From an uncultured Verrucomicrobiae bacterium (GTDB lineage Bacteria; Verrucomicrobiota; Verrucomicrobiia; Chthoniobacterales; UBA10450): 64,000 nucleotides of DNA. A program made the position numbers and the translations under genes. Each line of letters begins with the position of its first letter. Position 1 is the first letter of the stretch. The DNA lies in the NCBI GenBank assembly GCA_963834385.1, contig CAWIBO010000005.1, positions 32,001 through 96,000 of the forward strand, given 5' to 3'. Positions 33,401 to 42,252 of the stretch are shown one piece after another. The notes below the pieces were generated by a model. The model did not search any database. It saw only the letters and a list, made by a program, of their open reading frames with translations, and was not told the origin of the DNA.

Positions 33401-33808
33401 CTTCGGCGACGCGACCACAGACTTTTTCAAGCGGTGATTCGCTCCCCAGGCGCCTCCTAGAATGCACACGATAAATAGTATGCCACCGTTGAAGTGCGCC
33501 GCGCCGGAAAGCATACGCAACAGAAAGGCTACACAGAAATACACAAGCAGCGCAACGCCGCAGCCGCGCCAGAAGCCGAACCGCGGCTCATCCTCCATAT
33601 CCACGAAATGAACAGGGTGCTCCGCAAGGATCCGATCGGCCTCGGCTGCGCTTTTCTCGGGCACGCGCAGGAGCACCGCGCACATGCCTGCAGGCGCGAA
33701 AACCGCGGCAGCTTCGTGATCAAGGACCGCCGGGATACCCGCTGCCTCAAGCAGCGACTGCGCGAATCCGGCTTCACCTATGTTTTGGTAGCTGCGGAGC
33801 GTGATCAT
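33395..33808 (-). CDS. DUF2007-like membrane protein (cassette 27)
   Basis: EAGFAQSLLEAAGIPA..LRVPE..AEADRIL plus two TM segments. Confidence 0.7.
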   Translation of the reverse strand: MITLRSYQNIGEAGFAQSLLEAAGIPAVLDHEAAAVFAPAGMCAVLLRVPEKSAAEADRILAEHPVHFVDMEDEPRFGFWRGCGVALLVYFCVAFLLRMLSGAAHFNGGILFIVCILGGAWGANHRLKKSVVASPKT

Positions 33809-33811
33809 AAG

Positions 33812-33917
33812 GCCTAACGAGAAAGAGATGAGCCACCGCGCGAATTACGATTGGTGTTCATATGCAGGAAATCCAAGCATAAGGACGGTGGGCGGGTAGC
33901 TCCATCGCAGGTTTAAA
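33812..33917 (-). other. attC26 (family D)
   Basis: gcctaacgagaaagagatgagccaccgc ... ggtagctccatcgcaggttt. Confidence 0.75.
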
Positions 33918-34677
33918 CGGTCGGGCGGCGCGCAGAGAAACGCTGCTTCTGCGGGTTGTAATAAAGATCTGGCCTGCTGTGCCACTCATGCTCGACGCCA
34001 CGCATGAGGAGAGCACAATCCAGCTCGACGCTGCCTTCGGGGAAGCGCGATCGATCTGAAAAGAAACTCGTGTGCGCATCCTCAACCTCCATCGGATCGA
34101 TACTCCAATCCAGACTCCGTAGCTCCATGCCGTGATAATGTCCCTCCTGTCGCGTAGCTGAGTAGCCGGTTGCTCCCAGCGAGAAGAACGAAGCGGCTTG
34201 CTCCACCGTGTCGAAGAGGCTCGTCTCGGGTAGGGCTTGCCCCAGCCAACCCTTAAAATGTGCTTCCTCGCTGCCGTCCTGACGTCGAATGGTCACGGAG
34301 ATCTCATCGACGGTTTCCTCCGCGACGAAACTGCCCTTGTCGAAAATGCCTGGAAACACGGTGCCACCGAGAAGTTCGTTAAGCGTGGAATTCGTGTCTC
34401 TGCGGGGAATGAAAACACCTTCCCTTATTCCGTCGTCTTGATCCCATTCCACCGCGATTCGGTGCGCCGCATTCTCGGATCCTAAGCCGAGCCATGCTGG
34501 CAGCATCCGCGGGCGTAGCTCGCGGAAGCGTATCATGCAAACTCCTCCAATGCCTTTTCCGCGGAACACCTTCGGGCGGAAACCCGAAGGCAGTGCTTGC
34601 TGCAATACCTCGGGATCGATGTGGTAATTCAGGAGAATACGCCGATCAATAATTCCGTGGATCGTATCGAGTAGCAT
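33913..34677 (-). CDS. DUF2071-like protein (cassette 26)
   Basis: RRILLNYHIDP, SENAAHRIAVEW, GVFIPRRDT. Confidence 0.75.
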   Translation of the reverse strand: MLLDTIHGIIDRRILLNYHIDPEVLQQALPSGFRPKVFRGKGIGGVCMIRFRELRPRMLPAWLGLGSENAAHRIAVEWDQDDGIREGVFIPRRDTNSTLNELLGGTVFPGIFDKGSFVAEETVDEISVTIRRQDGSEEAHFKGWLGQALPETSLFDTVEQAASFFSLGATGYSATRQEGHYHGMELRSLDWSIDPMEVEDAHTSFFSDRSRFPEGSVELDCALLMRGVEHEWHSRPDLYYNPQKQRFSARRPTV

Positions 34678-34694
34678 GAAGCGTGGCTTTTCCA

Positions 34695-34823
34695 GTCCAA
34701 CGAGACATAAGATCAGCTGCCGGGAGTCCGAGGTGCGTGCCACGCAGCATACGCTACAGACGGTAGACGCTCCAAGCGTAAACGGAGGGCTTGCTGGCGG
34801 TCAGCGGCATCGGCTGGTGAGAT
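34695..34823 (-). other. attC25 (distinct family; R'' non-canonical)
   Basis: gtccaacgagacataagatcagctgcc ... ggtcagcggcatcggctggtgagat. Confidence 0.72.
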
Positions 34824-34836
34824 GCGTTGCGCGACA

Positions 34837-35052
34837 TCACAGATCGCGTGGTGTGAGGCCGGTCTTCTTCGCAATGCGCGCCAACATCCGTGGGCCGATC
34901 TCCTCGCTGTCGTGGAACGCGAACACTGTGTCTGGCCAGCCGGGCCTCGACAGAATGCGGTGTGAACCGCCCGCTTCGCGTTTGATCGTCCAGCCGATCC
35001 GCAGGAGCGCGGCCAAAACTCGGCGCGCCTTCGCGGAACCCCACTCGCTCAT
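34837..35052 (-). CDS. hicA: HicA-family toxin (cassette 25)
   Basis: LLRIGWTIKREAGGSH, FAFHDSEEIGPRMLARIAK. Confidence 0.88.
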   Translation of the reverse strand: MSEWGSAKARRVLAALLRIGWTIKREAGGSHRILSRPGWPDTVFAFHDSEEIGPRMLARIAKKTGLTPRDL

Positions 35053-35258
35053 GCCGCCGCAACAGAAAACACCTGCTGAATCTCAGGCGAGCTTTCGCCC
35101 TGCTCGATTCGCTCAGCCAGCACGCGAAGCGCCAGAGCCTCCACGCGTGCGACCGCCTCGTCGCGGGAAGTGCCGTATGACATCGCACCGGGAATCTGCG
35201 CAATCTCTGCGATCCAGCGCCCGTCCGTCTCCTGTTCGACTTCGACCGTGAATGTCAC
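35049..35258 (-). CDS. hicB: HicB-family antitoxin (cassette 25)
   Basis: EQETDGRWIAEIAQIPGAMSYGTSRDEA. Confidence 0.85.
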   Translation of the reverse strand: MTFTVEVEQETDGRWIAEIAQIPGAMSYGTSRDEAVARVEALALRVLAERIEQGESSPEIQQVFSVAAA

Positions 35259-35311
35259 GCCAAGAGGATGCCGCAAATGGACGACGAAGACAAGCGCGGC
35301 ATCAGGAATAG

Positions 35312-35459
35312 CTCTAACGAGAAAAGGATAAACGACGGCGGACGACCGTGCCCGCCGTGCTACAGGCGGGGGCGCGCGTCGCTCGAAGTGGAAGGGTGGA
35401 AATCATCTCAAATGCGGAGCGCACAGCGGTCCGCCGTTCGCTCCATCGCAGGGTTAGAC
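35312..35459 (-). other. attC24 (family B with 24-bp insert)
   Basis: ctctaacgagaaaagg...gtccgccgttcgctccatcgcagggttagac. Confidence 0.88.
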
Positions 35460-35654
35460 GGCGACTTGCTCAAAGGAGATGTTCGGAATGTCCTCTACTC
35501 TCTTCTGAGCGTGCTCCACAGTGATCCCGCAGATGTGCCCATCCGCGTCAAGATCGAGCACCGTGTCCTCGTCGAGGTCGCGCGTCTCTGCGACATGCGC
35601 ACCACGAAACTCGATGTAGAGCGTATCAGTGTCTCGGAAGTAGCGAATCTTCAT
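35454..35654 (-). CDS. DUF2283 family putative antitoxin (cassette 24)
   Basis: MKIRYFRDTDTLYIEF..LDLDADGHICGITVE. Confidence 0.8.
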   Translation of the reverse strand: MKIRYFRDTDTLYIEFRGAHVAETRDLDEDTVLDLDADGHICGITVEHAQKRVEDIPNISFEQVAV

Positions 35655-35887
35655 GGACGAAATGAACGATCGAAAAAGGCGTTGTGCACGGTCTCGGCGT
35701 CGGGAAGAAGTATAACGCGCAAATAACGCCCGTCCATCTCGGCGATAGGCGCCCAACGGCGAATGCGACCGTCCTGCTGAATCTGCTCGCGCACGGGGTG
35801 GGCGACGACACGCTCGATCCACTCGAGACGAATCGCCGTGCGATCTGGCCGCTGCCGCATGACCTCAAAGTAACGCGTGAACTGCAC
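35651..35887 (-). CDS. Putative toxin paired with DUF2283 (DUF4258/RelE-like; cassette 24)
   Basis: EWIERVVAHP..DGRIRRW..YLRVILLPD..VHNAFFDR; ATGA overlap with DUF2283 gene. Confidence 0.7.
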   Translation of the reverse strand: MQFTRYFEVMRQRPDRTAIRLEWIERVVAHPVREQIQQDGRIRRWAPIAEMDGRYLRVILLPDAETVHNAFFDRSFRP

Positions 35888-35930
35888 ATCGCAGAATAGC
35901 GCAGGCGTCGCTCACAGAAAAGACGAAGCC

Positions 35931-36224
35931 GTCTAACGAGAACAGGATAAACGACGGCGGACGACCGTGCCCGCAGTGTTACAGCGTTGCAGGCGGGGGG
36001 CGTGCGTCGCGAGGAATGGAACGGACTGGCAAGCCGTGACATAGACCTGAGGCCGAAGGCTGAACGAGTCGCGCGAGTGAATCAATGGAACGGACTGGCA
36101 AGCCGTGACATAGCCCTCAGGCCGAAGACTGAACGAGTCGCGCGAGTGAATCAATGGAAGTGTGGAAGTCATCTCAAAATATTGACGCAGAGCGGTCCGC
36201 CGTTCGCTCCATCGCCTGTTAGAC
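35931..36224 (-). other. attC23 (294 bp; family B with 33-bp and 2x69-bp inserts)
   Basis: gtctaac...gttagac arms intact; tandem units at 36015-36152. Confidence 0.85.
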
Positions 36225-36641
36225 GTTTGCGGGTGAATCGGAGTCATCGCCAAGAAAGTATAAATCAAGATCGAGCGGGATGCCTAGCGCCGTAATCCGC
36301 TGAAGGATTTCCGGCGAGAGGTGTATGCCGGGAGTAAAATCTTCGTAGTAAATGGTGCAACAGAGTTCGACGGAAAACTCTGCGGCACACTCTCGGATGC
36401 GCGCGGCGTGCGGCTCCAGCAGCGGAAGCAACGCCTCAAGATGCTTTTCAACGTGCGCCTCAAGTGAAAGTGGGCTCTGGAAGCTCCACCGACTGTGATT
36501 TCGGGTCGCTGCAGGATGTGGTGGCATCGGATCGCCGCGTCGCCAAACAGAAGTCGGTGATAAGCCCACGCGCGATGTAACAATCGAAGGATCATCGCCG
36601 AAATCGAGAACCTTCAGAAAAACGTGTGACTTGTCTGGCAC
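36219..36641 (-). CDS. DUF4279-like protein (cassette 23)
   Basis: DPSIVTSRVGLSPT..WRRGD, ILQRITALGIPLDLDLY. Confidence 0.75.
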   Translation of the reverse strand: MPDKSHVFLKVLDFGDDPSIVTSRVGLSPTSVWRRGDPMPPHPAATRNHSRWSFQSPLSLEAHVEKHLEALLPLLEPHAARIRECAAEFSVELCCTIYYEDFTPGIHLSPEILQRITALGIPLDLDLYFLGDDSDSPANV

Positions 36642-36654
36642 GGAGAGCGTTTAC

Positions 36655-36777
36655 GTCTAACGAGAGAGAAGTGAGCGACCGCCACCGGGGGCGAGCGGGG
36701 CTCGAAGTGGAAGGGTGCGAGTCATGGAAAGCCTGGACTTTCGCCGGGTGGCGGTTCGCTCGACTGACGGGTTAGGT
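36655..36777 (-). other. attC22 (family A)
   Basis: gtctaacgagagagaagtgagcgaccgccacc...ggtggcggttcgctcgactgacgggttaggt. Confidence 0.92.
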
Positions 36778-36954
36778 GGTGGACGGTGCGCGCAGGGGCA
36801 GGCCGGAACGGGCAGAGCTGGAAACCAGAGAACGGTCCGCTGCATGCGGAAGATGGAACCAGATGCTCTGGGAAAACGCGATGCCATATTCGCGCGGGTG
36901 ATCCCCTCCTACGGCGCCGCAAAAGCCGCCGCCCGCGAACGAACGCACACAACC

Positions 36955-37076
36955 ATCTAACGAGAAAGAAGTGAGCGACCGCCACCGGGGGCGAGCGGGG
37001 CCGAAGTGGATGGTTCCGGGTCATGGAAAGCGAGGTCTTTCGGCGGGTGGCGGTTCGCTCGACTGGTGGGTTAGGT
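36955..37076 (-). other. attC21 (family A)
   Basis: atctaac...gttaggt with family A arms. Confidence 0.92.
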
Positions 37077-37358
37077 GCTCTGAGTGACATGACACGCGTC
37101 GAAACACATACGATATCCAAGGCAAAGGCTGAGCAGGACAATCTTCGCGGCGGATGTAAGAACGAGAACAGTCACGTCGTCGCGCTCAAGAGAAAGCTCC
37201 ACAGCGGCGAGAGGTTCGAAGTGGGCGCAAACGACGCATGCTGGAACGATAGCGGTCTTCGCGACAGATGGAGGGCAACGAATCGGGTAGGCTGCGAACA
37301 GCAACGGGGAACGACGAGAAGCAGCCAAGTCCAATGTCCGCAGTGCGGGACATAGCGC

Positions 37359-37481
37359 ACCTAACGAGAGAGAAGTGAGCGACCGCCACCGAGGGCGAGC
37401 GGTGCTCGAAGTGGATGGTTGCGAGTCATGGAAAGCGTGGGCTTTCAGCGGGTGGCGGTTCGCTCGACTGACGGGTTAGAT
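37359..37481 (-). other. attC20 (family A)
   Basis: acctaac...gttagat with family A arms. Confidence 0.92.
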
Positions 37482-37763
37482 GTTTCAGCGCCAGGTACCA
37501 TCAAAAAGAGGGTGATCATCGCTCTTCGCTTCTCGCGGCGACGTCTGTCCGGCCGAACGGAGGTGTCAGGCATCGGCTCCGGAAGCGCGAGCCGTAGTTG
37601 TATGCCACTCGAGTTCGAGCGGAGCCAAGGTGCGATATAGCTGCAAATCCCACAGAAGCAGGGTGCCGACGAACGACGGCCGAATTAGGGCCGCGACGCT
37701 GGCAGGCTGTAGGTGGAAGATGCGCATACAGAAAACAGGGCGATTATCAGCGCGCGCGGTGCC

Positions 37764-37888
37764 ATCTAACGAGAAAGAAGTGAGCGACCGCCACCGAGGG
37801 CGAGCGGGGCTCGAAGTGAAAGGTTGCGGGTCATGGAAAAGCGAGGTCTTTCGGCGCGGTGGCGGTTCGCTCGACCGATGGGTTAGAC
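37764..37888 (-). other. attC19 (family A)
   Basis: atctaac...gttagac with family A arms. Confidence 0.92.
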
Positions 37889-38229
37889 GCTGCGGCGTCA
37901 CTCGCTGGACCGCGGACGAAGCTGCACCAAACGACGCGCAACGACTGTAGATAGCCAGTAGCGCATAGGGCCGAAAGATTGCGTCGGGAATCGCTATGAT
38001 GAAAAGCGCCGGGTGCCGAGCGTGCTCCGGCAGCCACAGAAGAGGAACCGCGAGGAAGTGATAAGCGTTCCGACTAACTGGAGGGGTCAATCGTCAGGTA
38101 TGAGTGTCAGCGACACGTCGAAACAGCGAATGACTCCTTCGACCAAGACAGGCTCGCAAATGGACGTAAAGCACTCCGGCAGCTCAGAGCGAAGATGATC
38201 AGTCGATGCGGCATCGCTCGGAGTCAGAC

Positions 38230-38359
38230 GTCTAACGACCCCAAGCTCAGCGACTGCGGAGGCGCGGCGCACCGGCTGCGGAAAGGTGGCTGGGGGCGAA
38301 GGCGGCGGGAGCAGCCGGTGTGACGCGCCGGAGCAGTTCGCTGCAGCGCATGGTTCGGC
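38230..38359 (-). other. attC18 (family C)
   Basis: gtctaacgaccccaagctcagcgac...gttcgctgcagcgcatggttcggc. Confidence 0.85.
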
Positions 38360-38381
38360 GTTGCGGCTGTTGTCTGTGAAG

Positions 38382-38738
38382 TCATCGAGAAGCGAACAAA
38401 TCTCCGGGCAGTAGTTGGGCGGCCGCGAACGTAGCAAGAATGTTGATGAGCGCGACGACGAGCAAAACGACTGGAATCAGTGGAACGCCGACAAGCCACT
38501 CCGGGACGTGCAGACGACCGTAGAGAAAACGGTAAAGTGGTCTGCCAACTGCGATGGCTACCGTAATGTCTGCTGCGAGAAGACAGATGCCGAGGACGCT
38601 AAGCCACGAGCCCTGTGATAGCCAGAAAAGCGGGACGACTGAGGCGGCGGCAAGTGTGATGAGTAACGCCGCGAGACTGCCGACATCGGATAAACCTGCC
38701 GCTGCGAGTAACGCGGAGACAGAAACGCTTTCAGTCAT
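38382..38738 (-). CDS. Membrane hypothetical protein (cassette 18)
   Basis: Hydrophobic ORF bounded by attC17 and attC18. Confidence 0.6.
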   Translation of the reverse strand: MTESVSVSALLAAAGLSDVGSLAALLITLAAASVVPLFWLSQGSWLSVLGICLLAADITVAIAVGRPLYRFLYGRLHVPEWLVGVPLIPVVLLVVALINILATFAAAQLLPGDLFASR

Positions 38739-38755
38739 GGGATGACGCGAGCATC

Positions 38756-38878
38756 GCCGAACGAGAGAGAAGTGAGCGACCGCCACCGAGGGCGAGCGGG
38801 GCTCGAAGTAGAAGGGTACGGGTCATGGAAAGCGAGGTCTTTCGGCGGGTGGCGGTTCGCTCGACTGATGGGTTAGAT
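38756..38878 (-). other. attC17 (family A, R' = GTTCGGC)
   Basis: gccgaacgagagagaagtgagc...gactgatgggttagat. Confidence 0.9.
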
Positions 38879-38897
38879 GTTGCGGCGCCGTAAGAGC

Positions 38898-39110
38898 TCA
38901 TCGACGTGACAGGTGGTTCTGCCGCAGCCGCCATATTCCGAGAGCCGTAATGAGAATGGCGACGATACCAGTAGGGAAAATCCATGCGCTGATCCTCGGT
39001 TCTGTGAAAAAGAGGTAGAAAAGCACAAACAATCCGGGGACTGGGGCAAGTGCAGCGGCCCAAAGCGCTGGCTGACGCGAAGGAGTCTCAGTGGTCGGTG
39101 GCATGCTCAC
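38898..39110 (-). CDS. Small 2-TM protein (cassette 17)
   Basis: 70 aa ORF between attC sites. Confidence 0.6.
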   Translation of the reverse strand: MSMPPTTETPSRQPALWAAALAPVPGLFVLFYLFFTEPRISAWIFPTGIVAILITALGIWRLRQNHLSRR

Positions 39111-39113
39111 TAC

Positions 39114-39236
39114 ATCTAACGAGAGGGAAGTGAGCGACCGCCACCGGGGGCGGGCGTCGCTCGAAGTGGAAGGTTGCGAGTCATGGAAAGCGTAGGCTCT
39201 CGGCGGGTGGCGGTTCGCTCGACTGATGGGTTAGGT
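39114..39236 (-). other. attC16 (family A)
   Basis: atctaac...gttaggt. Confidence 0.92.
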
Positions 39237-39698
39237 GTCTGGACGGTCATTCTCGCAGTGCAAACTATACACGATCGGAATGCGAATATCTTGCGGCGTT
39301 CCCTGCCGCAACCGCCAACGATGAAGAGTGTCTTCAACAGCATGCGTAAGCCAGGCAGGCGCAGTGCTGCGAAGAACCCTAGTCTGGCTCACCGCACCGT
39401 TGGTCGTGACGCGTAGCTGCACAAGCATGGTCGGCTCTAGGTATCGAAGACGCGCCGCATATGGGTAAGGCGGAAGCGGTGCATACTCGGCGTAGGTCGG
39501 CCTCGGAACACGGCGGACATGAGCAGGCGATCGTTGAGGGGGCGGCGCGTAGCCAGGGTCCCCCACTAGCGAGCAATCCAGCGTAGGAACCGCCCGCCCG
39601 CAAACGAATAACGGAGGCATCGTGGCGACGTTGATCGTATTGACGCCGGTGCAGGCACCAATTAGGCACGCGAACATAACAGCCGCGGCGCGTGTCAT
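39231..39698 (-). CDS. Lipoprotein-like protein with TonB-C-like domain (cassette 16)
   Basis: LIGAC lipobox-like; PPYPYAAR..VLRST..LHRWRL. Confidence 0.6.
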   Translation of the reverse strand: MTRAAAVMFACLIGACTGVNTINVATMPPLFVCGRAVPTLDCSLVGDPGYAPPPQRSPAHVRRVPRPTYAEYAPLPPYPYAARLRYLEPTMLVQLRVTTNGAVSQTRVLRSTAPAWLTHAVEDTLHRWRLRQGTPQDIRIPIVYSLHCENDRPDT

Positions 39699-39700
39699 AC

Positions 39701-39824
39701 ACCTAACGAGAAAAAGATGAGCGACGGCGGACGAGGGCGTCCGTCGCTCGCAGTGGGATTGCTGAAGTCATCTCAAAAGTTAATCGCACAGCGGTCCGCC
39801 GTTCGCTCCATCGCATGGTTAGGT
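39701..39824 (-). other. attC15 (family B)
   Basis: acctaacgagaaaaagatgagcgacggcggac...gtccgccgttcgctccatcgcatggttaggt. Confidence 0.92.
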
Positions 39825-39825
39825 C

Positions 39826-40287
39826 TCAGCGAACGGGCTCCGGCTTCCTGGTGAAGGTCGGTAACTGCGCGATCACTTCGAGAAGGCGATCTACGTCCGC
39901 TTGCTGCTTCGCGGCGACCCAAATGTTTGCCTTCCAATAGTCATTGAGCTTGATCACGGCCTCTTGCATTACAGAGCCGTCGCTTGCGACGGCTCTGTGC
40001 CACTCCACCGAAAAAATGCCAAGCTTCCCCGACACGACCTTACTGTCCGGCTCGGGAGTGAAGTCTGGCCAGCCGCCAAGATAGAAGCCAACGTAGCCGA
40101 CAAGCGGAGGATTCGCGTGGCCGTAATAAACGTCGAAGTCAGGTCCTCTCACTTTTGTCCACGTGAATGCTTTCGGCGACACGGGTCCGAGAAACTTGGA
40201 CAGTTCTTTCGGCGCGATCGGCTCGCCGGGTTGCTGAGTGGCCGCAATGCTCGAGACGAAAAGCGATACGAATAGGAGCGCGCGCAT
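39826..40287 (-). CDS. Secreted hypothetical protein (cassette 15)
   Basis: Signal peptide; fills the cassette. Confidence 0.7.
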   Translation of the reverse strand: MRALLFVSLFVSSIAATQQPGEPIAPKELSKFLGPVSPKAFTWTKVRGPDFDVYYGHANPPLVGYVGFYLGGWPDFTPEPDSKVVSGKLGIFSVEWHRAVASDGSVMQEAVIKLNDYWKANIWVAAKQQADVDRLLEVIAQLPTFTRKPEPVR

Positions 40288-40290
40288 AAG

Positions 40291-40413
40291 ACCTAACGAG
40301 ACAGAAGTGAGGTGCCGCCACCGAGAGCGAGCGTGGCTCGAAGTGATAGTGGTTTAGTCATGGAAAACGTGAACGCTCGGCGGGTGGCGGTTACCTCGAC
40401 TGATTGGTTAGAT
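40291..40413 (-). other. attC14 (family A variant)
   Basis: acctaac...gttagat. Confidence 0.88.
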
Positions 40414-40663
40414 CTGACATCACCAGCCCCGCGGTGCCTTCGAGGGTGAAGCTTGGTAACGGAAACAGATCCATTCGTAATTTTACGCCGGGATAATTGA
40501 GAGCGGCGTGGAGATGACCGCGCAAGGCGGCGTCGCTTCGTGTGCGAACTGGGGGGCGGCCGTCCAGGGCGAATATAGAAGCGTTAAAGGTGGGCTCGAT
40601 CCCAAACGCTGTCAGCGATGAGCTTGTAAGCACAACTAGAAAAAGGATGGATGACCAGTGCAT
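40391..40663 (-). CDS. Secreted hypothetical protein (cassette 14)
   Basis: ATG overlaps core GTTAGATG; signal-like N-terminus. Confidence 0.55.
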   Translation of the reverse strand: MHWSSILFLVVLTSSSLTAFGIEPTFNASIFALDGRPPVRTRSDAALRGHLHAALNYPGVKLRMDLFPLPSFTLEGTAGLVMSDLTNQSR

Positions 40664-40784
40664 CTAACGAGAGAGAAGTGAGCGACCGCCACCGAGGGCG
40701 AGCGGGGCTCGAAGTGGATGGTCCCGAGTCATGGAATGCGAGGTCTTTCTGCGGGTGGCGGTTCGCTCGACTGACATGTTAGAC
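40662..40784 (-). other. attC13 (family A)
   Basis: atctaac...gttagac. Confidence 0.92.
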
Positions 40785-41042
40785 CTTCGCGCGTCGCTGA
40801 CCAAACGCCTTCTGGAAAGAAGCTAGGTGCAAGCGAAGCTCCTGCCACTTTCTGGTGCTCCGTTTCGGGGGCACCGGGAGATCCGGCCCGATGAAGACGC
40901 AACGTGCACAACACTGAGGGCACTTAACGCGACCGGCACCGATCGTGCCTACCTGCTCGGGGTAAAGCTGCGTGACTAAGCGAAAGGTCTCGGACCTCAC
41001 TCCAATGCGGCAATCGAAGCACACCCAGTTCCCGCGGCACAT
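40779..41042 (-). CDS. Small CxxC zinc-ribbon-like protein (cassette 13)
   Basis: CFDC, CPQC, G.D..VPPK....W. Confidence 0.65.
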   Translation of the reverse strand: MCRGNWVCFDCRIGVRSETFRLVTQLYPEQVGTIGAGRVKCPQCCARCVFIGPDLPVPPKRSTRKWQELRLHLASFQKAFGQRRAKV

Positions 41043-41046
41043 GTGG

Positions 41047-41169
41047 GTCTAACGAGAGAGAAGTGAGCGACCGCCACCGAGGGCGAACGGTGCTCGAAGT
41101 GAATGGATGCGAGTCATGAAAAGCGTGATCGCAGAGCGGTCCGCGGTTCGCTGCATCGCCTGGTTAGAC
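41047..41169 (-). other. attC12 (A/B chimera)
   Basis: Family A left arm, family B-like right arm; gtctaac...gttagac. Confidence 0.88.
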
Positions 41170-41478
41170 GATTGGGCCTCGCTCATGAATCCAAGCACGC
41201 CACTCCTCCAGGACCTCTACGATCTTCTCTGCGTGTTTGCGCGCATCGTCCACTTGAGAAAGCGCCATCGTCTCAAGCTGTGTGCTGACGAGGAACTCGA
41301 CAATATCGCCGGCTGGTGCGTGTGACTGCAACAGCGAAAAGACACGCGGGAGATACGCATGATACTCGTCGCGCGCCTGCGGCACTTGCGCCACGCCGAT
41401 GGGATCCCACAGATAGTGCAGGACCTCATCCACACGCCGATACAGCTCTCTCTGCTCGGGCGGCAACTTTTGTCCCAT
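41164..41478 (-). CDS. Hypothetical protein, WDPIGV..DEY family (DUF1871-like; cassette 12)
   Basis: EVLHYLWDPIGV..ARDEYHAYLP. Confidence 0.7.
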   Translation of the reverse strand: MGQKLPPEQRELYRRVDEVLHYLWDPIGVAQVPQARDEYHAYLPRVFSLLQSHAPAGDIVEFLVSTQLETMALSQVDDARKHAEKIVEVLEEWRAWIHERGPIV

Positions 41479-41488
41479 GCGCGGAATC

Positions 41489-41614
41489 GTCTAACGACCC
41501 AAGCTCAGCGACAGGCGGAGTGGGCGCGGCTCCTGCCGGTGGGTGGAAGGGCGGCGGTCGTCTGCCGCAGGAGCCGTGACCGCGGAGCCTGTTCGCTGCA
41601 GTGCATGGTTAGGC
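41489..41614 (-). other. attC11 (family C)
   Basis: gtctaacgacccaagctcagcgacaggc...gcctgttcgctgcagtgcatggttaggc. Confidence 0.88.
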
Positions 41615-41648
41615 GATGCGGCCGATTGCAGTGCGATCTTGAAGCCAC

Positions 41649-42035
41649 TCAGCTCTCATACATATGGTAGGTTTTGGCGATGATGCGCCAAGCGCCGTCA
41701 AGTTTGATGAGGGTGTGAAAGTCGGTGTAGTCCGCGCCGATGGCGTCCTTCTCCATGTCCACGCGCACCACTGCCGTCGTGGGCGTGATCGCCAACACGT
41801 CGATCCGCGTCTGAATGTCGGGGGCAGTGCCGTTGGCGGCAACGAAGTCGTAGAGATTCTTGATCGGGCCGCCGAGTAACTCGCCGTTGGTGAAGCCATA
41901 CATCACAGCGTCCTGATGGAAGGCTTCGCCGAGGCCAGCGACGTTTCCGACGCGCAGCCCGTCGACGTATTTGGTGACCGTCGCGACGACGTCTGCATAA
42001 TCTTGAGTGGGCACGGTTTTGATGTTTTTTGTCAT
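41649..42035 (-). CDS. NTF2-like / putative lumazine-binding protein (cassette 11, copy of cassette 6)
   Basis: KYVDGL..AFHQDA, YTDFHTLIKLDGAWRIIAK. Confidence 0.82.
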   Translation of the reverse strand: MTKNIKTVPTQDYADVVATVTKYVDGLRVGNVAGLGEAFHQDAVMYGFTNGELLGGPIKNLYDFVAANGTAPDIQTRIDVLAITPTTAVVRVDMEKDAIGADYTDFHTLIKLDGAWRIIAKTYHMYES

Positions 42036-42113
42036 GAGATTGATTTTGGTGTGATGGTCGGAGAAACTAGAGGGTGGCAAAAATTGGCTTCATGTTCGGT
42101 GAGCGCGAGCAGC

Positions 42114-42236
42114 GCCTAACGAGAACAAGATGAGCGACCGCCACCGGGGGCGAGCGTCGATCGGAGGTGGATTGACTTAGTCATGGAAAATGTGGAGCGA
42201 AGCGGGTAGGCGTTCGCTGCATTGCCTTGGTTAGGC
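42114..42236 (-). other. attC10
   Basis: gcctaac...gttaggc; near-identical to attC5. Confidence 0.88.
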
Positions 42237-42252
42237 GGCATTGAAGTCAAGC

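Noticed and set aside
36015..36158. 69-bp tandem units as a mini-CRISPR
   Set aside because: Units are head-to-tail and nearly identical with no unique spacers
36655..41169. Regularly recurring ~123-bp repeats as a CRISPR array
   Set aside because: Spacers are gene-sized, repeats have attC R''/R' cores, an intI is adjacent and there are no cas genes
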